Positions 1 to 10,287 of a DNA stretch of 64,000 nucleotides are shown here, one piece after another. How positions within the stretch are numbered: position 1 is the first letter of the stretch; the number at the start of each line of letters is the position of its first letter. Location of the stretch: the NCBI GenBank assembly GCA_963738475.1, contig CAVTWU010000008.1, positions 8,605 to 72,604 of the forward strand. The letters are read 5' to 3'. Source of the stretch: an uncultured Chloroflexia bacterium (GTDB lineage: Bacteria > Chloroflexota > Limnocylindria > Limnocylindrales > CSP1-4). The position numbers and the translations under genes were made by a program. The notes under the pieces were generated by a model. The model worked only from the letters and a program-made list of their open reading frames with translations, searched no databases and was not told where the DNA came from.

Positions 1-484
1 CGTGGCCGAGGTGGACGCGGCCGTTGACCGCGACGACGCCACCGACCCCGGTCCCCAGGGTCAGCCCCACCATCGAATCCGCCCCGCGCCCGGCGCCCAG
101 CCGCAGCTCGGCCAGGCCGAACGCCCGGGCGTCGTTGATCAGGGCGACCGGGAGCCCGAGCGCCGTCGCGACCGGCCCAGCGACCGGGACGCCGACCCAG
201 TGGCCGGGCATGTTCACGAGGAAGCGGGTCGCGCCGGCGACCGGGTCGTACAGGCCCGGGACACCGATCCCCAGGGTCTCGATGGCCGGCCATCGTCCGA
301 TCGCCGTCCGCGCGGTCTCGGCGATCCGGCCGATGACGGCATCGGGGCCCTCGCTCGAGTGGGTCGGGACGTGGCCCTGGCCGAGGATCCGCCACGTCTC
401 GCCGTCGTGCTCGACGGACGCCCACTTCAGGTTGGTGACGCCGAGGTCGATCCCGAGGTGATGGGTCGGGACGCGCAGGCTCAC
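1..484 (-). CDS. ROK-family sugar kinase, N-terminal ~160 aa (gene continues beyond window start)
   Basis: Own translation of minus strand from GTG 484-482: VSLRVPTHHLGIDLGVTNLKWASVEHDGETWRILGQG...GIGVPGLYDPVAG...ALINDARAFGLAELRLGAG...GLTLGTGVGGVVAVNGRVHLGH (ROK/glucokinase motifs). GTGA overlap with upstream permease stop. Not in ORF track because no stop lies inside the window. Confidence 0.7.
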   Translation of the reverse strand, partial: MSLRVPTHHLGIDLGVTNLKWASVEHDGETWRILGQGHVPTHSSEGPDAVIGRIAETARTAIGRWPAIETLGIGVPGLYDPVAGATRFLVNMPGHWVGVPVAGPVATALGLPVALINDARAFGLAELRLGAGRGADSMVGLTLGTGVGGVVAVNGRVHLGH

Positions 485-1466
485 CCGGCGTCGACGATCC
501 GCGTATAGACGGCCGCGACGACCACGATGATGGCGCCGAACAGGATCTGGCGGACCGCCTCGGGCATCTGGACGGCGATGAGCAGGCTCGTGAGCACGCC
601 CAGGATGAGCGCCCCGATGATCGTCCCGGAGTAGCCGCCCCGGCCGCCCATGATCGACGTCCCGCCGATGACCGCGGCGGCGACCGACGGCAGCACGAGC
701 GACTCCACGAGGGCGAGGCTGGCGGTCTTGACCAGGCCGGCGACGAGCATGCCGGCGATCGCGGCGAGCAGCGCCGAGATGATGTACAGCGCGAGATTGA
801 CCTGCCAGACGCGGACGCCGGCCAGCCGCGACGGCGACGGCGTTGTCGCCGACCGCGAAGAGCAGCCGCCCGTACCCGCTGTAGCGCAGCCCGAGGATGA
901 TCAGGGCGGCGAGCGGGATGAACAGGAACAGGTTGTTCGGCAGCCACGGGAGCGTCGTGCCCGGAGCCGAGCCAGTCGACGATCGGCGGGATGTTGGTCC
1001 CGGCCTGGACGACCATCAACTGGTAGACGTTCATGAGCCCCAGGATCACCAGGCCGATGCCCAGCGTCATGATCAGCGGGTGGACCTTGAACACGCCCAC
1101 GCCGATGCCGTTGGCGATCCCGGCGATGAGGGCCGCCAGCAGGGCGAGCGCGATGGCCGGTCCCGATCCGATCTGGCCCGTCTGGGTGGCCATGATGAAC
1201 GCGGCCATCGAGGCGACCGTCCCGACCGACAGGTCGATGCCGCCGGTCAGCATCGCCAGCGTCTGGGCCGCGCCGAGGATCGCGAGCGGGACCGCGGCGC
1301 GGATCGTCGAGCCGACCCAGCTCTGGGTCACGACGCCGGGCTGGGCCAGCTGCATCAGGACGACGAGCAGCACGAGGAGCGCGGTCAGCGGGATGAGCGG
1401 TCGGTCGCGCAGGAGCCGTCGCGTGCGCTCCGCGACGCCGACACGACCACCGCCGCTCGGGACCAT
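481..1466 (-). CDS. monosaccharide ABC transporter permease (RbsC/AraH type), frame broken in this assembly
   Basis: C-terminus = ORF 481..750 (AAVIGGTSIMGGRGGYSGTIIGALILGVL). N-terminus from ATG 1466 readable in other frames (MVPSGGG..RPLIPLTALLVLLVVLMQLAQPG..AMLTGGIDLSVGTVASMAAF). 986 nt is not a multiple of 3. Confidence 0.75.
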
Positions 1467-1480
1467 GCCGGCCTGCGCGG

Positions 1481-2485
1481 TCACGACCGTGCCTGCCGCA
1501 TGGTGAGGAGGCTGCCGAACATGACGACCCCGATCAGGATGGCGCCCTGGACGACGGTGGACAGGTTCGAGTTCACGCCCAGGAGGGTCAGGTCGGTCCG
1601 CACCAGGGCGAGGACGAAGACCGCGACGATCGGTCCGGCGAGTCCGCCACGGCCACCCGCCAGGCTGACGCCGCCGAGGACGATGGCCGCCACGCCGAGC
1701 AGCGTGTACGCGCCGGGCACCGGGGTGCCGATCCCGGTGGTCGCGGTCAGGGCGAGGCCACCGAAGGCCGAGAAGAGGCCGCCCAGCATGTAGGCGAAGA
1801 CCTTCGTCCGCCCGACCGCGACGCCGCTGCGGAAGGCCGCCAGGCGGTTGCTGCCGATGGCGTACAGCGCGAGGCCGGCGTTCGAGCGGCGCAGCGGGAT
1901 CCAGATCGACGCCGACGATGACGAGGAGGACGACCAGCGCGCGCGGGATGACGTCCAGCCCGAGCGGGCCCTTGACCATCCCGGTCAGCCAACCCGCCGA
2001 CCCGCCACCCGGGGAGGGCAGGACGACGAGTGCCGCGCCGGCCCACACGAACGACATGGCCAGCGTCACGACGATGTCGGGCACGCGGGTGATGACGACC
2101 AGCGTCCCGTTGATGATGCCGAGGATGAGGCCCAGGACGAGCACGCCGATGACCACCGCGATCGAGAACGTCTCCGACTGGCCCTTCATCAGGACGGCGG
2201 CGGTCACGCTCGTCAGGGCCATCATCGAGCCGATGGACAGGTCGATGCCACCGGAGATGACGACGATGGCCTGGGCGACGGCCGCAACGCGAGCGGCATG
2301 GCCCCGACGGCGAGACCCTGGAGCTGCGCCGCGCCGTAGCTCGGCTGGATGAGGAGGGTCAGCACCAGGATCCCGGCGAACAACCCGAGCAGGGCCAGCG
2401 TCCACGAGTTGCGCTGCGCCCAGTGGCGGAGCTTCGAGACGACGTCGGGCCGTTCCGCTGCCCGGGCGTCCACGGCGGCGCTCAT
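1481..2485 (-). CDS. monosaccharide ABC transporter permease, frame broken in this assembly
   Basis: C-terminus = ORF 1481..1789 (GVAAIVLGGVSLAGGRGGLAGPIVAVFVLALV). N-terminus within ORF 2222..2683 from ATG 2485 (MSAAVDARAAERPDVVSKLRHWAQRNSWTLALLGLFAGILVLTLLIQP). Middle part (GGIDLSIGSMMALTSVTAAVLMKG) is only readable in a third frame. Confidence 0.75.
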
Positions 2486-4080
2486 GCGGACACCTGCGGC
2501 CCGGCATCCGAGCGGGTCGGTCGGGGCGATGGCTGGCCGGGTCCGGCGCGGCGAGGTCGCTGGCGACTTCCTCGGCGGCGATCTCCTCGGGCATCGGGGC
2601 GTCCTTGGGCAGGTCGTAGGCCGCGCGCAGCAGCGTCGCCTCGTCGGCCTCCTCGACCGGGATCTCGGCGACGACCCGCCCACCGAACATGACGATCGCC
2701 CGGTCGCAGGCCAGCTGGATCTCCTTGAGTTCGGAGGTGTAGAACAGCACCGCGGCGCCGGCCGCCGCGAGGTCGCGGACCAGTTCGTAGATCTGCTGCT
2801 TGGTCCCGATGTCGATGCCGCGGGTGGGATCGAAGCACAGCATCGTCTCGACCCCGCCGGCCACCCAGCGGGCGATGGTCACCTTCTGCTGGTTCCCGCC
2901 CGAGAGCTGGCGGACCTCCGAGGCGGCGCGCGTGTCGATCTGGAGCTCCGCGACGGCGGCGTCCACCTTCGTCTTCTCGGCGGACATGTTGATCGGGCCC
3001 CACGACCGGAAGCCGGCGAAGTACGGCAGCGCGACGTTCTCGCGGATCGAGCGCTGCATCAGGAGCGCCTCGGCCCGGTCCGCCGGCACGTACACGACGC
3101 CGGCCCTGATGGCGTCGGCCGGGTGCCGGAAGGACACGGGCGTCGCCGTTCACCAGGACCTCGCCCGAGTCGGGGCGCCGCGCACCGGCGAGGATGTCGA
3201 ACAGCTCGTCCTGGCCCTGGCCCTCGAGGGCGGCCACGCCGAGGACCTCGCCGGCCCGCAGTTCGAAGGAGACGTCGTGCAATCGGCCGCCCACGGCGAG
3301 GTCGCGCGCGGCGAGTCGCGGCGTCGTCGCCGCCACCGACGGGCCGCTGCCCGCCTTGGCCGCCATCTGCGCCTCGGTCTTGGCGGCCCGCTCGCCGAGC
3401 ATCAGGGCGACGATCCGCTCTTCCGAGCCGGCGTCGATGTCGACGACGCCGACCGTCGCGCCCTCGCGCAGGACGGTGGCCCGGTCGCAGACGGCCGCGA
3501 TCTCGATGAGCCGGTGGGAGATGAAGATGATGCAGCGGTCGGATCCGCGCTGGTTGCCGATGACGTGCAGCACGCGTTCGGTGAGGTCGGCCGGCAGCGC
3601 TGCGGTCATCTCGTCGAGCATCAGGACGGAGGGCTCGATCGCGAGGGCGCGCGCCAGGTCGACGACCCGCAGGGTCGCGAGGGGCAGGTCCCGGGCCATG
3701 TCGGAGAGGTCCAGGTCGCCGATGCCCAGTTCCTGGAGCCAGTGGCGGAACGGCTCGACCGGGGTCTGGGTCAGGCGAAGGTTCGATCGGATGTCCAGGT
3801 CCGGGATGACCGCCGGCTCCTGGTAGACCGAGACGACGCCGCCCAGGCGGGCCTCGGCCGGGGAGCTGGCGCTGTACGGCTCGCCGCGGACGGTGATCGT
3901 GCCGCTGTCGGGGCGGACGGCGCCCGTGAGGATCTTGACGAGCGTGCTCTTGCCGGCGCCGTTGGCGCCCATGAGCGCGTGGACCTCGCCCGCGCGGACC
4001 GACAGCGACGCGTCCCGCAGGGCCGCGACGGCGCCGTACCGCTTGGCGATCCCGGTCGCCTCGAGCAGCAGGTCGGACAT
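2482..4080 (-). CDS. sugar ABC transporter ATP-binding protein (two ATPase domains, RbsA/MglA type), frameshifted near 3140
   Basis: ORF 2482..4080: Walker A GANGAGKST, LMLDEMTAAL, then second-domain start LEGQGQDELFD before the frame is lost. The rest reads in another frame (FDPTRGIDIGTKQQIYELVRDLAAAGAAVLFYTSEL). ATGA overlap with the next permease start at 2482-2485. Confidence 0.85.
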   Translation of the reverse strand: MSDLLLEATGIAKRYGAVAALRDASLSVRAGEVHALMGANGAGKSTLVKILTGAVRPDSGTITVRGEPYSASSPAEARLGGVVSVYQEPAVIPDLDIRSNLRLTQTPVEPFRHWLQELGIGDLDLSDMARDLPLATLRVVDLARALAIEPSVLMLDEMTAALPADLTERVLHVIGNQRGSDRCIIFISHRLIEIAAVCDRATVLREGATVGVVDIDAGSEERIVALMLGERAAKTEAQMAAKAGSGPSVAATTPRLAARDLAVGGRLHDVSFELRAGEVLGVAALEGQGQDELFDILAGARRPDSGEVLVNGDARVLPAPGRRHQGRRRVRAGGPGRGAPDAALDPRERRAAVLRRLPVVGPDQHVRREDEGGRRRRGAPDRHARRLGGPPALGREPAEGDHRPLGGRRGRDDAVLRSHPRHRHRDQAADLRTGPRPRGGRRRGAVLHLRTQGDPAGLRPGDRHVRWAGRRRDPGRGGRRGDAAARGLRPAQGRPDARGDRRRGSRQRPRRAGPGQPSPRPTRSDAGPQVSA

Positions 4081-4167
4081 CAGGCGCTCACTGTAGAACG
4101 TCGATGGATGCGCGGGGATGCCGGCGGCGCCGACATCCCCGCGACGTGGTCTCTTACGAGACCCGGG

Positions 4168-5246
4168 TCACTCGCCCGGGCCCTTGCAGGCGATGAGGTC
4201 GTCCACGCTGTACGTGGTCCAGTCCTTCACCGTGAGCCCGAGGGGCCACAGTTCCGGCAGGTTCGGGTTCTGGGCGGTCGGCGAGGGCCGCCTTGCCCTC
4301 GTCGGTCGTGTTGTCCCAGAGCTCGGGGGTGACATGGACGGTGGTCTCGGCCGGCTTCTCGCCCGCGAGGAGCTTGAGCGCCAGGACGACGCCGGCGCCG
4401 GTGACGGCGGACGGGTTGGTGACGGCGGCGCCCGTGAAGCCCGGCTCGTTGAGGAGCTGGGTGACGAAGCCCGCGTTATCCGCGCCGACGAGCGGCACGA
4501 GCGTGGTGACCGGCGGTCTTCATGGCCTCGACGATGGACGAGTCCACGCCGGAGGTCCACACGCCGTCGAACGTGCACGCCGGAGCTCATGATGTCGTTG
4601 ATCTGGCTGACGGCGGTCGCCGGATCCCACTTGGTCACGACCTCCTTGGCGACCTTGATGTCCGGGTACTCGGCGAGGGCCTTCTTGAAGCCCGTGTCGC
4701 GGTCGGTGTCGGCCGGGTGGCCGGCGATGCCGCGCATGTAGACGACGTCGCCCTTCTTGCCCATCTGCTCGAACAGGGCCTTGGCGCCAAGGTAGGCGTA
4801 CTGCTGACCTGGTCGTTGGACAGGTTGTAGGCGCCGTCGGCGGTGACGAACGCGTCGACCGCGATGACCGGGATCCCGGCCGCGATGGCCTCGTCGATCG
4901 CCGGGTTCAGGGCGTCCGGATCGTTCGGGTTGATGATGATCGCGTCCACGTCGGCCGCGATCAGGTCGCGGATGTCGGTCAGCTGACCGGCCGCGTCCGT
5001 GTCGTGGTTGATGACGGTGACCTTGTCGACGTTGCCGGACGCGACCGCCTGGGCCTTGACCGAGCAGATCGACGACTCGCGCCAGCCGTTACCGACGCCG
5101 CCACCGTTGGCGAAGCCGATGTGGTACGGGCCCGCGGCCGCGCTGGGGGCGGTGGATGCACCGCTGCTGGAGCAGGCCGCGGCGACGATCGCCACGACTG
5201 CCAGACCGCCGAGCGCCTTGGCTCGGATCGATCCCTTCTGGATCAT
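4168..5246 (-). CDS. sugar ABC transporter substrate-binding lipoprotein (PBP1 family), multiple frame breaks
   Basis: ORF 4635..5246 starts MIQKGSIRAKALGGLAVVAIVAAACSSSG (signal peptide, lipobox-like AAAC), then YHIGFANGGGVGNGW and DAIIINPNDPDALNPAIDEAIAAGIPVIAVD. Continues in ORFs 4168..4764 and 4154..4498 and ends ..TYSVDDLIACKGPGE. Strong RBS GAGGAGGAG lies before the ATG. Confidence 0.8.
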
Positions 5247-5309
5247 GCGTACTCCTCCTCTTCGACCGGCCGGCCAACGTGGCCGAGCCGTGGATCGAAC
5301 GTGTCTGCT

Positions 5310-5327
5310 CCCCCCGCGTACGGGGGG
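5310..5327 (-). terminator. intercistronic GC hairpin (7-bp stem ccccccg/cgggggg, 4-nt loop) between the SIS gene and the binding-protein gene
   Basis: Read directly: ccccccg cgta cgggggg. No U-tract follows on the minus strand, so it may be an mRNA-stability or processing element rather than an intrinsic terminator. Confidence 0.3.
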
Positions 5328-5337
5328 TACGTGCGCA

Positions 5338-6170
5338 TCATGCGGTCGGCGTCACCTCCTGTCGCGTGTCCGCTCCGCCACGACCGCTCCCACGATCGAT
5401 GACGTGCGCGAGACGGCGCGAGTGCTCACGATAGGCTGCGTCGAACAGATCCCGCGAGCGCTCGGCGCCTACGACCGATGCCCGGGTGATGACAGGTGGC
5501 ATGATGCCGCGCTCCGTGAGGAGTTCGGCGGTTCGCACCTTGATGGAATTGACGATGGCGACGGCGGTGACCGTCGAGCCCGGTCCGACCGGGGTGTCGA
5601 GCCCGTCGACGGCGATGAGCGCGTCGGCGTGGGGCGTGCACAGGTCGATGACCAGGTCCGCCTCATCGAGCAGGCGGCTGCCGACGCGCGGATCGATGTC
5701 GCTGGACATCGACTGGGCGACGGACGTGACGGCGATGACGCGCAGGCCCGCGAGCGCGGCCGCCGCGGGCCATCTCGACCGGCACGGCCGTCGTGCCGCC
5801 GGCGGAGAAGACGATGAGCACGTCCTTCGGCCCGAAGGCGAAGTTGTCGAGGATGACCTCGGCGAGGCCGGGCATCCGCTCGATGAACATCGCCTGGCGC
5901 TGGCCGTTGGCGCCGACGACCTGGGTGTGGAACGTCATCGACAGCTCGGCGATCGGGTTGAACCCGGGATACGAGCCGTAGCGCGGGAACATCTCCTCGA
6001 CCGGCATGCGCGAGTGCCCGGTCCCGAAGAGGTGGACCAGGCCGTCGGCGGCGATCGCCTCGGCACACCAGCTGCTGGCCGGTCTCGATGGCGTCGGCCT
6101 GGGTCTCGGACAGCACGCCGAGCAGCCGGATGGCCTCGTCGACGAAGGGGAGAGACCGATGCGCGCTCAT
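5338..6170 (-). CDS. SIS-domain phosphosugar-binding protein (UPF0309-like), frame broken
   Basis: MSAHRSLPFVDEAIRLLGVLSETQADAIE (ATG 6170), AIAADGLVHLFGTGHSRMPVEEMFPRYGSYPGF (own translation plus ORF 5663..6007), and C-terminus = ORF 5338..5709 (LVIDLCTPHADALIAVDGLDTPVGPGSTVTAVAIVNSI..IMPPVITRASV). Confidence 0.7.
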
Positions 6171-7229
6171 GTCAGGCGGCTCCTGCCGGTGCGGGCTGCG
6201 ACCGGCTCCCAGGCGCCCGGTCCGCATGGAGCGGTAGGCCGCGTCGATGATCGCGTTCACGGCGAAGCCGTCGCGGAACGTCTCGCGCGGCGTGACGCCG
6301 TCGCGGAACGTGTCCACGAGGTGGCGCATCATCGCGTCGTGGCCGTGGGCGTAGGGCTCGTCCGGGACCGGGAAGACCCAGCCCGTGTCGGCGTCCATCT
6401 TCTCGCCGAGATAGCCGGCCGGTCGCTCGATGAACGCGCGCAGCGTCGTGGACGTGATGTCCTCGACGATCCGCCCGGCATCGCCGTAGGCCTCGAAGCG
6501 GTTCTCGAGGCCGCCCTTCGACGACCACGAGACGTCCATGGTGGCGACCCGGTCGTCCTCGAAGCGCACGAGCATGACCGCGTTGTCCTCGAGGGTCGTC
6601 TTGTCGGTGTGGACGAGGGTCGCGCCCCAGGCGAACACGTCGCGCACGGGGACGTCCTTGCCGAAGAGGTAGCGGGCGGCTTCGGCGCCGTGCGAGCCCA
6701 TGTCCAGCAGCGCGCCGCCACCGGCCAGCTCGGCATCCCAGAAGTGCGGGGCGTGCGGGCCGCTGTGGCCCTCGCGCGCCCGGAACGTCGTCAGCCGCCC
6801 GATCGCGCCGGCCTCGATCATCTCGTGCATCCGGACCGTCTCGACGGTGAAGACGACGTTCTCCATGTACAGGTTGTAGACGCCGGCCGCCTCGACCAGG
6901 CGGACCATCTCGGCCGCCTCGACCGCGTTGCGCCCGAGCGGCTTGGTGCAGGCGACGCCCTTGCCGTGCCTGGCCGCCAGCCGGACCGCCTCGACGTGGA
7001 GGTGGTTCGGCAGCGACACGACGACGAGATCGACCTCCGGATCGGCGCAGACGGCCTCCATCGAGTCCAGCGCACGGCTGCCGAACCGAGCGGCGAACGC
7101 CTCGCGGCGCTCCGACCCGGCGCCCCAGTTGGCGGCGACGTGGACGCCCGGCACGTAGCGCAGGCCGAGCGTGTGGAACTCGCCGATGAACCCGGACCCC
7201 AGGAGCCCGATGCCGATCTCGCGTGCCAT
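6167..7229 (-). CDS. Gfo/Idh/MocA family NAD(P)-dependent oxidoreductase
   Basis: Inside ORF 5469..7277 from M17: MAREIGIGLLGSGFIGEFHTLGL..VVVSLPNHLHVEAV..ACTKPLG. One indel near 6215; with it the protein ends ..GAWEPVAARTGRSRLT, with its TGA overlapping the SIS-gene ATG (ATGA). Confidence 0.85.
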
Positions 7230-7273
7230 CAGTAGCCGCCCTCGCTCGCGCCGGCCGCGGCGCTGACGGGCGC

Positions 7274-7978
7274 TCACGCCCGCGGCACTTGCGCGCCCGG
7301 AAGTCGTCGATGATCGACGGCCGTCGCGGTCGCGCCGACGCGCGTCACGCCGAGGGCCATGACCTCCAGGAGCGCATCCAGGGTCCGCACGCCGCCGGCG
7401 GCCTTGACCTGGACGTGGGGCGAGGTGTTGGCCCGCATCAGGCGCAGGTCGTCGTGGGTCGCGCCGGTCGGGGCGAACCCGGTCGACGTCTTGACGAACT
7501 CGGCGCCGGCGGCCTCGGTCAGATGGCAGGCCCGGATCTTCTCGTCGTCGGTGAGGTAGGCGTTCTCGAAGATGACCTTGACGATGGCGCCGCCCGCGTG
7601 GGCGACCTCGACGACGGCGCGGATGTCGGCTTCGACGTCGGCGTCGCGACCGGCCTTCAGGGCGCCGATCTGGATGACCATGTCGAGTTCGGTCGCGCCG
7701 TCGGCCAGCGCTCGCTCGGCTTCGAACACCTTGGTCGCGGTCAGGTGGTTGCCGTGCGGAAAGCCGATGGTCGTTCCGACCGCGACGTCCGTGCCGTCCA
7801 GGATGGCCCGGGCGCGAAGGACGTCCGCCGGGCGGACGCAGACGGACGCCACGTCGTACCGGGCCGCCAGCCGGCAGCCGTCCTCGACGAACGCGTCGTC
7901 CAGCTCGGGCCGAAGGAGCGAATGGTCGATCGTCTTGGCGATGTCACGTTCGGTCAGTCCATCGATGCTCAGGGTCAT
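7274..7978 (-). CDS. deoC: deoxyribose-phosphate aldolase
   Basis: Inside ORF 7274..8407 from ATG 7978: MTLSIDGLTERDIAKTIDHSLLRPE..ASVCVRP..TTIGFPHG..ELDMVIQIGALKAG..VKVIFE..FVKTSTGF..VKAAGGVRT. The lysine-containing DeoC motifs are intact and the frame is uninterrupted. Confidence 0.85.
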   Translation of the reverse strand: MTLSIDGLTERDIAKTIDHSLLRPELDDAFVEDGCRLAARYDVASVCVRPADVLRARAILDGTDVAVGTTIGFPHGNHLTATKVFEAERALADGATELDMVIQIGALKAGRDADVEADIRAVVEVAHAGGAIVKVIFENAYLTDDEKIRACHLTEAAGAEFVKTSTGFAPTGATHDDLRLMRANTSPHVQVKAAGGVRTLDALLEVMALGVTRVGATATAVDHRRLPGAQVPRA

Positions 7979-7983
7979 CACGC

Positions 7984-8900
7984 TCACTTGATGTAGGGAC
8001 GCAGGACGTCGCGGGCCAGCAGGAACCCGCGCTTGATGAGGTCGTCGGTCTTCTCGAAGTCGCGATCCTCGTGCTCGATGATCACGTCGCCATCGAAGCC
8101 TTCGCGCCACAGGGCGGCGAACAGCGGCGCCCACTCGACCTCGCCGAGGCCGGGCAGGCGGGGGATCTGCCAGCCGATGCCCTGGCTGAAGATGCCGCGC
8201 TCGTACAGGCCCTCGCGGTCGATCATCAGGTCCTTGGCCTGGACGTGGAGGATGTGCGGCCCGAACTCGCGGATGAAGCGCGGGATCTCGATCATCTGCA
8301 GGATCAGGTGGGACGGGTCGAAGTTGAGCCCGACCGTGCCGCCCCACTGCTCCAGGATCCGGCGCCACATCCGCGGCGACGTCGCCAGGTTGTGGCCGCC
8401 CGGCCACTCGTCGTAGCTGAACAGCATCGGGCAGTTCTCGAACGTGAGCTTCCGGCCGTGGTCGGCCGCGAACGACACGATGTCCGGCCAGACCCGCAGC
8501 GCGTCGTCCCAGTTCTGGTCCGGCGTCTTGGCGCCGTCGGCGCCCATGAACGTGTTGACGAGGCCGACGTCCATCTTCTCGGCCGCGGTGATGACGTGCT
8601 TGAGGTGGCCGATGACCTCGTCGCGGTGGGCCGGATCCGGGTGGAGCGGGTTCGGGTAGTAGCCCAGGCCGGAGATGTGGAGGCCCTTGGCCTCGATCGA
8701 CTCGCGCAGCTCCGTGGCCTCGACCGGCCGACAGGTTCGCGACGTCGATGTGGGACGTGCCGGCGTAGCGGCGGGTCGGGCCGGACGCGCGCGGCCAGCA
8801 GGCGATCTCGATGCTCTCGAAGCCGTTCGGCGGCGGTCCAGTCGACGACGTCCGCCAGCGGCGTCTCGGGGAACGGCGCGGTCAGCAAGCCAAGCTTCAT
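7984..8900 (-). CDS. sugar phosphate isomerase/epimerase (xylose-isomerase-like TIM barrel), frame broken near the N-terminus
   Basis: ORF 7984..8574 (..[55 protein letters not shown]..). N-terminus [25 protein letters not shown] from ATG 8900 is in another frame. 917 nt is not a multiple of 3. Confidence 0.8.
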
Positions 8901-10096
8901 CGGGCGGCCTCCGTCAGTGCGGGGTGCTGGATGGGGGCGGGCCGGTCGACGGTGACCCAGCGCCCTTCTCGGGCGCTGCGGGCGATGGCGTCCCCGACGA
9001 GCATCTCGTCGTGGCCGTCGGCGAACGTAGGATAGCCGGGGCGGGAGGAGACCGCCCCGGCTACCACGTCCGCATAGACGGCCCGGAAATGGGCGCAGAA
9101 GGTGTCGAAGAAGCCCTCGACGTGGCCGCCGGGCAGCGCGGACGCCGCCTGGCCGGCCGGACCCATCAGGGCCGGGTTCCGGATGAGGATCTCGTTGGGT
9201 CGATCGCGGTGGCCGATCCAGGCCTGGTCGGGCTGCTCGGAGTCCCAGGCGAGCGGCCGCCTCGGACCCGTCGATCTCGTACTGGAGCGAGTTCTTCCGG
9301 CCCGGGCTGATCTGGGAGATGCTCACCGCGCCGCGGGCGCCGCCCTCGAAGCGGAGCAGGATCGCCGCGGTGTCCTCGGTCGCGATCGTCGCGCGCGACC
9401 GTGTCGCTCGACCGTTCCGTGGCGAACGACTCGACCGGCCCGGACGGCTCGTGGCGCGTCTCGATGAACGTCGTCAGGTCGGCCATGACCTCCACGATCC
9501 GCTGGCCGGTGACGAAGGTCATGAGGTCCATCCAGTGCGACCCGATGTCGCCGACCGCGCGCAGCGCGCCGCCGCGATCCGGCTGGAGGCGCCAGTTCCA
9601 GTCGCTGTCGTGGAGCAGCCAGTCCTGGAAGTAGCGGCCGGTCACCAGCCGGACGTCGCCCAGCGTCCCGGCGGCGATCGTCTCGCGGGCCTGCTGGTTG
9701 AGCGGGTAGTAGCGGATGTTGAAGTTGGTGGCGTTGACCAGGCCGCTCGCGGCGGCCAGCTCGACCAGCTCGGCGGAGCTCGTCGGCCGTCATCGCCAGC
9801 GGCTTCTCGCAGACGACGTGGCGGCCGGCGGCCAGGATGGCCTTCGTCTGGGAGACGTGCAGGTCGTTGGGCGAGGTGACGTGGACGACGTCGACGGTCG
9901 GATCGGCCAGGAGGTCGTCGAGGGAGGCGTAGGCGCGCGGGACACCGAGGGCGTCGGCCCGGGCGGCGCCGCGCTCCGGCGTGCTGCCGAGGACGCCGCG
10001 GACCTGGACGCCGATCCGCCGCAGCGCTTCCACGTGGACCGTGCCGATGAAGCCCGTCCCGATGACGGCCGCGCCGACGTCGGCGATCCTCCTCAT
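8897..10096 (-). CDS. Gfo/Idh/MocA family oxidoreductase, several compensating frame breaks
   Basis: ORF 9323..10126 from M11: [48 protein letters not shown]. Middle = ORF 9166..9645 ([38 protein letters not shown]). C-terminus = ORF 8897..9166. ATGA overlap with the next gene at 8897-8900. Confidence 0.85.
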
Positions 10097-10129
10097 CCCG
10101 TGCTCACCACCCGTGTGTCGTGCCAAGCT

Positions 10130-10145
10130 GTCTAGACGGTCTAGA
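10130..10145. promoter_or_regulatory. candidate operator: direct repeat GTCTAGA-cg-GTCTAGA in the divergent spacer between the catabolic operon and the ROK regulator
   Basis: Read directly. Each unit contains the palindrome TCTAGA. It lies in a visibly less GC-rich ~190-bp spacer (10097-10287). No binding data are available. Confidence 0.3.
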
Positions 10146-10287
10146 TGGTTGCGCGATGGTACGGGCCGGACTCACGTGGGTCAACACCCGATCACGCATC
10201 GATACTTTATCTGCTCTCCATCGTACTTTCTCCTGTCAAGTGCAAAAGTGCTGGTCGGCGGCGCCGAGCTGGGCGTATCATCGGCCG

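Noticed and set aside
2349-3509. Plus-strand ORFs 2349..3509 and 2800..4332 opposite the ABC ATPase
   Set aside because: They give Arg/Pro/Gly-rich nonsense translations antisense to a gene with clear Walker motifs.
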